Below are positions 9,650-18,079 of a DNA stretch of 64,000 bases, in pieces. How positions within the stretch are numbered: position 1 is the first letter of the stretch; the number at the start of each line of letters is the position of its first letter. Below the pieces are notes generated by a model. The model made no database searches. It had not been told where the DNA came from and saw nothing but the letters and a program-made list of their open reading frames with translations. Both the position numbers and the translations under genes were made by a program. This DNA comes from an uncultured Elusimicrobium sp. (GTDB lineage Bacteria; Elusimicrobiota; Elusimicrobia; Elusimicrobiales; Elusimicrobiaceae), in contig CACXER010000017.1 in NCBI GenBank assembly GCA_902766765.1, forward strand, positions 3 through 64,002. Direction: 5' to 3'.

Positions 9650-9799
9650 GAAGTGCTCCTTCGGATAAAAAATATTCTTACTTTCTCATTATAACATTAT
9701 TTTTATCCCCAAGCGCAAGGGGGGGAAAAGGTAAATTGTTTTCCCTTTCGTCAATATGGTAGAATAAGAAGGTGTATAAAACCTTATTTGGGAGGCACT

Positions 9800-10579
9800 A
9801 TGAAAGTTCTTATTTTAGCGGGCGGGCTGGGTTCGCGCCTGAGTGAAGAAACTGTTTTAAAGCCTAAACCGATGGTAGAAATCGGCGGACATCCGATCTT
9901 GTGGCATATTATGAAGATCTATTCGCATTACGGATTTAATGATTTTGTGATTTTAACCGGGTATAAATCGCACGTAATTAAGGACTATTTCGTCAATTAT
10001 TATCAACAATACTCCGATATTACCGTTAATATGGCTACTAATGAGGTCACTATCCACAAAACACGCCAAGAGCCCTGGCAAGTGACCATGCTCTACACCG
10101 GGCAAGACACCATGACCGGCGGACGTATTAAAAAGGCAACTTCTTACATCAATAACGAACCGTTCCTATTAACCTATGGCGACGGCGTAAGCGATGTGGA
10201 TATTGCGGCGTCTATTGCCGCCCACAAAGCATCTGGCAAACTGTGCACCATGACGGCTGTTAAGCCTTCCGGGCGTTTCGGGGCACTCACGATTGACAGC
10301 ACCGATACAATCACCTCATTTCAGGAAAAACCCAAAGGCGACGGGGCTTATATCAACGGCGGATTTTTTGTGTGTGAGCCGCAAGTAATGGATTATATTG
10401 GCGCGGGAGATGACGTTATTTTTGAACGAGCCCCCTTGGAAAAACTCGCCAAAGAAGGGCAACTCCATGCTTACAAACACGACGGTTTTTGGCAACCAAT
10501 GGATACCTTGAAAGATAAGACTTTCCTGACGGATTTGTGGCAAAGCGGTAAAGCCCCGTGGCAGAAATGGGAGGACTAA
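9800..10579 (+). CDS. rfbF: Glucose-1-phosphate cytidylyltransferase
   Basis: ILAGGLGSRLSEET..KPKPMVEIGG.PILWHIMK, TMTGGR, LTYGDG and FWQPMDTLKDK. GGAGG RBS before ATG 9800. Confidence 0.95.
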   Translation: MKVLILAGGLGSRLSEETVLKPKPMVEIGGHPILWHIMKIYSHYGFNDFVILTGYKSHVIKDYFVNYYQQYSDITVNMATNEVTIHKTRQEPWQVTMLYTGQDTMTGGRIKKATSYINNEPFLLTYGDGVSDVDIAASIAAHKASGKLCTMTAVKPSGRFGALTIDSTDTITSFQEKPKGDGAYINGGFFVCEPQVMDYIGAGDDVIFERAPLEKLAKEGQLHAYKHDGFWQPMDTLKDKTFLTDLWQSGKAPWQKWED

Positions 10580-10582
10580 ACC

Positions 10583-11653
10583 ATGTTTGCAAACACCTAT
10601 AAAGGCAAACGGATACTTGTAACCGGACATACCGGGTTTAAAGGAAGTTGGCTAACGCTGTGGCTTAAAGACCTCGGCGCCGATGTGTGTGGCTACGCGC
10701 TGGCCCCCAATACCACACCGAATTTATTTGAAGCCGTCCACGTAGCCGAAGGCATTAAATCGGTCATTGGCGATATCCGCGACCGCGAACTGTTAAACAA
10801 GACGTTCCAAGAATTCCAGCCGGAAATCGTTTTTCATTTAGCCGCCCAACCACTCGTGCGCTTATCGTATACGGAGCCCGTTTTGACGTATGAAACAAAC
10901 GTCATCGGTTCACTAAACGTATTAGAAGCCGCCCGCGCTTGCGGCAGCGTCAAAGCATTTGTCAACGTGACTACCGACAAATGCTACGAAAACAAGGAAA
11001 TCGCACGCGGCTACAAAGAAGATGAACCCATGGGCGGATATGATATGTATTCGTCCTCCAAAGGATGTGTGGAAATTTTATCTTCCTCCTACCGCCGATC
11101 TTTCTTGCAACAACCGGGAGCGTACGCTCTAGCCACTGCCCGCGCCGGAAACGTTATTGGCGGGGGGGATTGGGCCTTAGACCGTTTAATCCCCGACTGC
11201 GTGCGCAGTATTGAAGCCGGTAACGAAATTGAAATCCGTAACCCCGTAGCCACCCGCCCGTGGCAACACGTGCTGGAACCGCTTTCGGGTTACATACTCA
11301 TCGGTTATTTACTGCTGACCCAAGGGGCCAAATATGCCGAAGGGTTCAATTTGGGTCCGAAGCCCGATAGCGTACTGACCGTGGCGGATGTAGCCCAGCA
11401 AGTCGTTAAAAACTACGGCAAAGGTTCCGTTCACGTACATAAACGCGACAATCTGCACGAAGCCAATTTGCTGATGTTGGACATTACCAAAGCCAAAGAA
11501 GTCCTCGGCTGGTGGCCCACGTATACCGCTCCGGAAGCCATTGAAAAAACCGTGGCGTGGTACAAGCGTTTTTATCAAGGTGAGCCCATGCGTGGATTTA
11601 CCTTGCAACAAATTCACGAATACGAAGAGAAAATCACATGGAAAAAGAACTAA
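10583..11653 (+). CDS. rfbG: CDP-glucose 4,6-dehydratase
   Basis: VTGHTGFKGSWL, HLAAQPLVR, TTDKCY, YSSSK, ARAGNVIGGGDW and RPWQHVLEPL. Confidence 0.95.
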   Translation: MFANTYKGKRILVTGHTGFKGSWLTLWLKDLGADVCGYALAPNTTPNLFEAVHVAEGIKSVIGDIRDRELLNKTFQEFQPEIVFHLAAQPLVRLSYTEPVLTYETNVIGSLNVLEAARACGSVKAFVNVTTDKCYENKEIARGYKEDEPMGGYDMYSSSKGCVEILSSSYRRSFLQQPGAYALATARAGNVIGGGDWALDRLIPDCVRSIEAGNEIEIRNPVATRPWQHVLEPLSGYILIGYLLLTQGAKYAEGFNLGPKPDSVLTVADVAQQVVKNYGKGSVHVHKRDNLHEANLLMLDITKAKEVLGWWPTYTAPEAIEKTVAWYKRFYQGEPMRGFTLQQIHEYEEKITWKKN

Positions 11654-12996
11654 GACAAGCCGTAAAAGATGCAGCCAGCAACTATTTCCGCCAAGTTCAC
11701 GGCGGGAAACGGGAATTTAAATATATTCCGCCGTCCGGCAAATTGCTAGACGAAAACGATTTGCTCAACATGATTGATGCCAGTTTGGACATGTGGCTAA
11801 CCGCCGGACGTTTCAACGATCAATTTGAAAAAGAGTTTGCCCAATTTTTAGGCGTTAAATTTGCCCTGTCTACCAACTCCGGATCCTCGGCTAATTTGTT
11901 GGCACTCTCGGCGCTTACTTCTCACAAATTGGGAGATAAACGCTTGAAAAGAGGCGATGAAGTCATCACCGTAGCAGCCGGATTTCCTACCACGGTCAAC
12001 CCCATTATCCAACAAGGGTTAGTCCCTGTATTTGTAGATTGTGAAGTCGGCACCTACAATATCAACGCGTCACAAATTGAAGCGGCCCTATCGCCAAAAA
12101 CAAAAGCCATTTTTGTCGCCCACACCTTAGGCAACATGTTTGACATGGACGAAATTTTGGCCCTTTGTAAAAAACATAACTTGTGGCTCATTGAGGACTC
12201 CTGCGATGCCTTAGGGGCCGAGTGGAACGGTAAAAAAGCCGGAACGATCGGTCACATCGGTACGTATAGTTTCTATCCGGCTCACCATTTAACCATGGGC
12301 GAAGGTGGAGCCGTCGTTACGAACGACCCGCAACTCTACCGCATTATTTTATCCTTCCGCGATTGGGGACGCGATTGCTGGTGTAAACCCGGCGTGGATA
12401 ATACGTGCAAAAACCGTTTTAATATGCAACTGGGTAATTTGCCGTTTGGATACGATCATAAATATACGTACTCCCATATCGGCTTTAACCTCAAAATTAC
12501 CGACTGGCAAGCTGCTATCGGTGTGAGCCAGGTTAAAAAACTTCCGGCCTACATCCAAAAACGTACCGATAACGCTGCTTATTTAACAAAAGCCTTATCT
12601 GATTTACAAGATTATTTAATTTTGCCCACCGTCAAAGAAGGGGTAAAACCCTCGTGGTTTGGGTATCTGATTTCCGTGCGTGAAAATGCCCCGTTCACGA
12701 AACAAGAACTCGTGGAATATTTAGAGAAAAACGGCATCGGCACACGCCAATTATTCGCCGGAAACCTGTTGCGTCAACCCATGATGGTAGACAACGAAAT
12801 TGATTTGCGCATCGGCAATTCGCCCGTCTTAAAATCGTGTGATTTGACCGAAAAAGAATATGCTCTCTTACCGCAGACCGATTTTATTATGAATCATACC
12901 TTTTGGGTAGGCACGTTCCCGGCGCTTGGCGAAGAACAACTGGCTAAAACGTCGGCTGTTATTCACGCGTTTGTAAAAGAGAAAACGAACTCATGA
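11638..12996 (+). CDS. rfbH: CDP-4-keto-6-deoxyglucose 3-dehydrase E1 (RfbH/DdhC)
   Basis: FYPAHHLTMGEGG (His in place of the Schiff-base Lys), Fe-S motif RDCWC.PG.DNTC, YDHKYTY and GTRQLFAGN. Confidence 0.93.
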   Translation: MEKELRQAVKDAASNYFRQVHGGKREFKYIPPSGKLLDENDLLNMIDASLDMWLTAGRFNDQFEKEFAQFLGVKFALSTNSGSSANLLALSALTSHKLGDKRLKRGDEVITVAAGFPTTVNPIIQQGLVPVFVDCEVGTYNINASQIEAALSPKTKAIFVAHTLGNMFDMDEILALCKKHNLWLIEDSCDALGAEWNGKKAGTIGHIGTYSFYPAHHLTMGEGGAVVTNDPQLYRIILSFRDWGRDCWCKPGVDNTCKNRFNMQLGNLPFGYDHKYTYSHIGFNLKITDWQAAIGVSQVKKLPAYIQKRTDNAAYLTKALSDLQDYLILPTVKEGVKPSWFGYLISVRENAPFTKQELVEYLEKNGIGTRQLFAGNLLRQPMMVDNEIDLRIGNSPVLKSCDLTEKEYALLPQTDFIMNHTFWVGTFPALGEEQLAKTSAVIHAFVKEKTNS

Positions 12997-13877
12997 AAAC
13001 AATACTCCTCACCGGCGGAAATGGATTTATCGGCAAGAACATTCAAGAAAGTTTTTTAGCCGACAAGTACCATATTGTCGCGCCGCGGAGTTTTGAACTC
13101 AACTTGGCCGACACGCAAGCGGTAGATGATTATTTTAAGGACCACTCGTTTGATGTCGTCTTGCATGCCGCCACCAAACCCGGCCACCGTAACGCCAAAG
13201 ACCCGACGAATCTGTTTTACAACAACGTTCGTATGTTTGAAAACCTCGTACGCCACGCGGACAAATTCGGTAAGATGATCAATTTCGGCAGTGGGGCGGT
13301 ATATGATGTTGCCGCTGACAACCGCTTAGTTACCGAGGACCAAATCGGCCTGCGTTGCGGCAAAGACGATCATAGTTTTTGCAAATACGTAGTCCACAAA
13401 CGGATTGAAAATTTACCCAACGTGATGGACTTAAATATCTTCGGTATTTTTGGCAAATACGAAGATTGGGAAATCCGGTTTATTTCCAATGCCATTTGCA
13501 AAACGCTGTTTGGCTTACCCATTACGTTGCGGCAAAACCGCCGTTTCAGTTATTTGTACGTAAACGACCTAATGCCTATTTTGGAATATTTTATTGAAAA
13601 CACCCCCAAATACAAAAGTTATAATGTCACCCCCGACGCAGAAACGGAACTCTTACAAGCCGCACAACTCATTCAAAAAATTGCCGGGGGGAAAAATGAA
13701 ATACGCATAGCTGCCCCGGGGTATGGCCTTAGTTATACAGGCAGTAATGCGCGGCTAAAAAGCGAAATCAAAAATTTGCAATTTACCTCGCTTGAAAAAG
13801 CTATAACAGAATTGTACACTTATTATCAGACAAATCAAGATAAAATTGACCGAAATTTGCTCTTGGAGGATAAATGA
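12993..13877 (+). CDS. NAD-dependent epimerase/reductase (extended SDR)
   Basis: LTGGNGFIG and FGSGAVY. The catalytic YxxxK position reads HSFCK, which is atypical. Confidence 0.8.
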   Translation: MKTILLTGGNGFIGKNIQESFLADKYHIVAPRSFELNLADTQAVDDYFKDHSFDVVLHAATKPGHRNAKDPTNLFYNNVRMFENLVRHADKFGKMINFGSGAVYDVAADNRLVTEDQIGLRCGKDDHSFCKYVVHKRIENLPNVMDLNIFGIFGKYEDWEIRFISNAICKTLFGLPITLRQNRRFSYLYVNDLMPILEYFIENTPKYKSYNVTPDAETELLQAAQLIQKIAGGKNEIRIAAPGYGLSYTGSNARLKSEIKNLQFTSLEKAITELYTYYQTNQDKIDRNLLLEDK

Positions 13878-14551
13878 AAACATTGTTTTTATTAGGTGGC
13901 GGCGGAGCTATCGGCGGAGCCGTTAAAGATTTTTTTACCCAACAAGGGTATACCGTTTTGGCCCCGCGCAGTAAAGAATTGGATTTGTCCGATGAAAAGG
14001 CCGTCGTTACTTACATGAAACAATTTACTACGCCGGTGGATGCACTCATTTTCTGTGCGGGCCACAACGACCCTGCCGAAGTCGGTCAATTGACTACCCA
14101 GGAAATCAAAAAAACCTATCAAATCAATACCGTCAGTTTTGCTACCATTGTGGCGTATCTACGGAAACAATTTGAACAACGCAAGCAAGGCCACATTCTG
14201 GGCATATCTTCCTTATACGGCACGATTAGCCGCGAAGGCCGGGCCGCCTATGCGATGTCCAAACACGCCATGAACGGGCTGATACAAACTTTGGCCTTGG
14301 AACTGGGGCCTCACGGAATTTTATGCAACACGCTTTCCCCGGGGTTTGTGATGACACCGATGACCCAAAAAAACAACACCCCGCAAATGATAGAAACGTT
14401 GGCGCGGAAAATTCCGCTTGGGCACTTGGCTTCCCCGCAAGACATTGCCCGCGTTGCCTATTTTTTGTGTAGTGAACAAAATCAATACATTACCGGTCAA
14501 GACATTATTGTTGACGGCGGATTTATGGCAGGAGGATTTCAACACGTATGA
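13874..14551 (+). CDS. Classical short-chain dehydrogenase/reductase
   Basis: GGGGAIG, ISS, YAMSK, N.LSPGFV.TPMT and YITGQDIIVDGG. Confidence 0.9.
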   Translation: MKTLFLLGGGGAIGGAVKDFFTQQGYTVLAPRSKELDLSDEKAVVTYMKQFTTPVDALIFCAGHNDPAEVGQLTTQEIKKTYQINTVSFATIVAYLRKQFEQRKQGHILGISSLYGTISREGRAAYAMSKHAMNGLIQTLALELGPHGILCNTLSPGFVMTPMTQKNNTPQMIETLARKIPLGHLASPQDIARVAYFLCSEQNQYITGQDIIVDGGFMAGGFQHV

Positions 14552-15696
14552 GCGCATATCAATTTACCGTAGAAAACGAGGCCTTTTCTTTTGACACTTC
14601 TTTTTTGGAAAGCAAGTCTTTTACCGTTCATTCGGTACCCCGGGATTATCCGGTATCGCTTCCTCAAACGGACAATCCGGCCGAACTGATCCAACAAATG
14701 TTGGATGAAAACCCGAAAAATTTGTTACTCATTGACCAAAACGTGTGGAACTTATACCATGCTAATTTGCACGTAGATGAAAAGCGCGTGATGTTTGTGC
14801 AAGCCAACGAAGAATTTAAAACCTTTCACAACGGCGTAGAACAAGCCCTGACGTTTTTGGAAAAGAACGGTTTTGGCAAGGGGGAAACACTTATCGTCGT
14901 CGGTGGAGGTGTCACGGAAGATATCGGTGCCTTTGTAGGGGCCGTATATAAACGCGGGATTGCCTGGCGCTTTTTTCCGACTACGCTCCTGTCCATGTGC
15001 GACTCTTGCATCGGCGGAAAAACCGGTATCAATTACCATAAAGCCAAAAACCAACTGGCGCTTTTCTCGGCTCCGCGCCAAGTGATTATTTGTCCGGCCT
15101 TCTTACGCACGTTGCACGCGCGGGAGATTAAATCGGGCCTGGGCGAAATTTTAAAACTGTTTATCACAGGTGGGGAAAAACTGCTAGCCCAATTCCCCCG
15201 GTATGTATCTAAGGACGGAGAAGTCAAAGATTTTGCTTCTTTTACGCCTCTTATTTTAGGTGCCTTGGGTGTAAAAAAACAAATCGTGGAAAAAGATGAA
15301 TTTGAACTTAATATCCGCAAGAGTCTCAATTATGGGCATACGTTAGGTCACGCCATTGAAGTATTATCCGATTACGCTATTCCGCACGGCCAGGCCGTTA
15401 CGATGGGGGTACTCATCGTTAACGAAATGAGCCGCCGGCGCGGGTTGCTTTCCCAAAAGGAGTGTGATGAAATCCGTCAGTTGGCGCGCAACCTGTTTCA
15501 ATCGGCTCGGTTGTCGGCAAATATCGTCAAAGAATTGCCCTCGCTACTCTTAAAAGACAAAAAGAGCGTGGGTAACGCCGTCAACTTTGTATTTATTAAA
15601 CGTCCGGGTGAGACGGTTTTTGTAAAATTAGAAGTAAATGATGCGTTGACCCAAGAATTATTAGACATTATGCACGGAGAATTTGATGTCCTATAG
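14548..15696 (+). CDS. 3-dehydroquinate synthase / sugar-phosphate cyclase family protein
   Basis: VGGGVTEDIGAF, PTTLLSMCDSCIGGKTGIN, KNQL, SGLGEILK, LNYGHTLGHAIE and IPHGQAV; the metal ligands Glu/His/His are retained. Confidence 0.88.
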   Translation: MSAYQFTVENEAFSFDTSFLESKSFTVHSVPRDYPVSLPQTDNPAELIQQMLDENPKNLLLIDQNVWNLYHANLHVDEKRVMFVQANEEFKTFHNGVEQALTFLEKNGFGKGETLIVVGGGVTEDIGAFVGAVYKRGIAWRFFPTTLLSMCDSCIGGKTGINYHKAKNQLALFSAPRQVIICPAFLRTLHAREIKSGLGEILKLFITGGEKLLAQFPRYVSKDGEVKDFASFTPLILGALGVKKQIVEKDEFELNIRKSLNYGHTLGHAIEVLSDYAIPHGQAVTMGVLIVNEMSRRRGLLSQKECDEIRQLARNLFQSARLSANIVKELPSLLLKDKKSVGNAVNFVFIKRPGETVFVKLEVNDALTQELLDIMHGEFDVL

Positions 15697-16981
15697 TTTG
15701 CTACTGGATTTTGGTGCTACACGTATTAAATCCGCCCTGGTAGATGATACTACCGGGCAGATTGAGCACGTGCAGAGCCGCGCCTGTACACCCGCTATCT
15801 GCCACGGGGCACAATTTGAAATTCCGTTAGCGGAACTGACACATGATTTTTTGGAAATATGTAAAATCTACGAAGGATATGACTTTAAGCGGATTTTTGT
15901 GTGTAGCCAAATGCACGGCTTTGTGTTGTGTGATGAAAAGGAACAACCCCTCACCGAATATATCAGTTGGCAAGATGAACGGGCCACTTTGCCTCTATCG
16001 TCGGGCCCGAGTTCGTGGGAATTATTTTCTAACGCGTTTGATTCCACTTTTAAAGAAAAAACCGGCATGCGGCTACGCAGTTGCTTTCCCGTAGTCAAGA
16101 TTTTAGATTATGTGCGCCAACACCGGGCCGATTACATTAAAGTCCTTTCCTTGCCCGAAGCGTTGCTACTGGTCGGCAAGCCGTCCCATCAAGTGCACAT
16201 TACTATGGCCGCCGGAAGCGGCATGGTGGATTTTACTTCTTGTCAGCCCGATAAAGACATGTGCGACTTTTTACATCAAGAAGGCAAGGGTACCAAAATT
16301 GCGTTTAATACAATTTCTAAACAGGTCATTCCGGCCGGAACGGTTGAAATCAACCACCGGGACATCCCTGTCTATACGGCCATCGGTGACCACCAATGTG
16401 CTGTGTGGGGCGCGGGAAATACGTTGGAAACACTATCGTTTAATATCGGAACCGGCTCGCAGGTTTCCGCCATTTGTACACAAGCGCCTAATATCCCTCA
16501 GACCGAACGGCGCCACTTTTTAAACGGACTGGAATTGCAAACCATTACCCACATCCCGGCCGGGCGGGTCTTGGCGGCGTTGATGGATTTTTATCATGCG
16601 CTAACCGGGCGCGACGGTTGGGAGCATTTTACGGCCGTACCGTTGGAAAAAATCCAGCAAGTTACCGGACGGTTTAATTTATCATTTTTTAAAGATGCTT
16701 GGAATTACACAGACGGCGGCGGTATTACCGGGTTGACACTTACCGACTTAAACGAGCCTATTTTATGGGCTGAGTTATTCCGGTCGTTTGCCCAACAATA
16801 CGTACGGGCCGCCAACTATTTTTCTCCACCTAGAAAGCAACTGGTTCTAAGCGGAGGCAAATTAGCAAAACTACCTGCACTGGCTGGATTTTTTGAACAG
16901 GAATTATCTATGTCAGTGCACTTGTCGGCACAGACCGACGAAACTTTAGTAGGACTGGCAAAATTAGCACAAGAAATATAA
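15686..16981 (+). CDS. FGGY-family carbohydrate kinase (sedoheptulokinase-like)
   Basis: LDFGATRIKSAL, SQMHG, ISWQDER, AIGDHQCA, NIGTGSQVS and LSGG. Confidence 0.82.
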   Translation: MSYSLLLDFGATRIKSALVDDTTGQIEHVQSRACTPAICHGAQFEIPLAELTHDFLEICKIYEGYDFKRIFVCSQMHGFVLCDEKEQPLTEYISWQDERATLPLSSGPSSWELFSNAFDSTFKEKTGMRLRSCFPVVKILDYVRQHRADYIKVLSLPEALLLVGKPSHQVHITMAAGSGMVDFTSCQPDKDMCDFLHQEGKGTKIAFNTISKQVIPAGTVEINHRDIPVYTAIGDHQCAVWGAGNTLETLSFNIGTGSQVSAICTQAPNIPQTERRHFLNGLELQTITHIPAGRVLAALMDFYHALTGRDGWEHFTAVPLEKIQQVTGRFNLSFFKDAWNYTDGGGITGLTLTDLNEPILWAELFRSFAQQYVRAANYFSPPRKQLVLSGGKLAKLPALAGFFEQELSMSVHLSAQTDETLVGLAKLAQEI

Positions 16982-16994
16982 GAGAAGAACTTGT

Positions 16995-18077
16995 ATGAAA
17001 AATAAAATATTTGAAGACTTGTTTGTATTGGAACTCGCCAATAACCACTGGGGACGTGTGGACCGTGGTATTAAAATTATAGAAGACTTCGCTAAAATTA
17101 TCCGCTTTAATAACGTGCGCGCGGCCATTAAACTGCAGTTTCGCGACGTAGATTCTTTTATTCATAAAGATTTCAAAAGTCGCGAAGATATTCGCTATAT
17201 CAAAAAAACCATGGCAACTAAAATGGATATTAAAGACTATCAAATTTTAGTAGATGCCGTGCACAACAATAGTTGTATTACCATGTCTACCCCGTTTGAT
17301 GAAAAATCAGTGGACACGTGTGTCAAATTGGGTGTGGAGATTATCAAAATTGCCAGTTCGGATATCAACGATTGGATTTTAATTGAAAAAATTGCCACCA
17401 CCCGCAAACCGGTCATCGTATCTACCGGGGGGGCTTCTTTAAAAGATATAGACGATTTGGTGTTGTTCTTTGAACACCGCGATATTCCGCTCGCTATCAA
17501 CCATTGTGTCAGCGTGTATCCCTCCGAAAAAGAAGAACTGGAACTTAACCAAATTGACTTCTTGAAAAAACGGTATCCGGGCCACGTGATTGGTTTTTCC
17601 ACACACGAGAAAAATGACGATATAGAAAGCGCTATGCTCATGGCCTATGCCAAAGGCGCGCGCACTTTTGAACGCCACATTGATATTGAAGCGGACAATA
17701 TCCCCGTTTCGCCGTACTGCTCGCTACCGGAAGATTTGGACCGCTGGATCAAAGCATACCAAAAAGCCGTGCGCATTTGCGGACATGGGGCTGACACGAA
17801 ATCTATTCCTCCCCGCAAAGAAATTACATACTTAGACGCGTTAGTGCGCGGCGTGTATGCGCGGTGGGATTTGCCCAAAGGCCATAAACTTACCGAAGAC
17901 GACGTTTATTTGGCCATTCCGCTGCAAAAAGGACAAATTTCTTGCCGGGAATTCATGCGCGGGGAAGAATTACTCACAGATATTAAAAAAGATGAACCCA
18001 TTAAAATCAGTCAAATTGACAGCCCGTACGCACACAACAAGGCCTTAAAAGAACTGATTGAAAACCGCGGATTATAA
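16995..18077 (+). CDS. NeuB-family PEP-dependent ulosonic acid synthase with C-terminal SAF domain
   Basis: ELANNHWG, IKLQ, STPFD, KIASSD, KPVIVSTGG, HCVSVYP, GFSTHE, FERH and a SAF-like RGVYA..DLPKG tail. Confidence 0.88.
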   Translation: MKNKIFEDLFVLELANNHWGRVDRGIKIIEDFAKIIRFNNVRAAIKLQFRDVDSFIHKDFKSREDIRYIKKTMATKMDIKDYQILVDAVHNNSCITMSTPFDEKSVDTCVKLGVEIIKIASSDINDWILIEKIATTRKPVIVSTGGASLKDIDDLVLFFEHRDIPLAINHCVSVYPSEKEELELNQIDFLKKRYPGHVIGFSTHEKNDDIESAMLMAYAKGARTFERHIDIEADNIPVSPYCSLPEDLDRWIKAYQKAVRICGHGADTKSIPPRKEITYLDALVRGVYARWDLPKGHKLTEDDVYLAIPLQKGQISCREFMRGEELLTDIKKDEPIKISQIDSPYAHNKALKELIENRGL

Positions 18078-18079
18078 GT

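Noticed and set aside
9719-9725. G7 tract upstream of rfbF (and G7 near 49700) as phase-variation switches
   Set aside because: The tracts are short and not clearly within a promoter spacer or coding frame; insufficient support.
14548-15696. Annotation as housekeeping aroB of the shikimate pathway
   Set aside because: No other aro genes are nearby and it is translationally coupled inside a nucleotide-sugar operon. It cannot be fully excluded without the rest of the genome.
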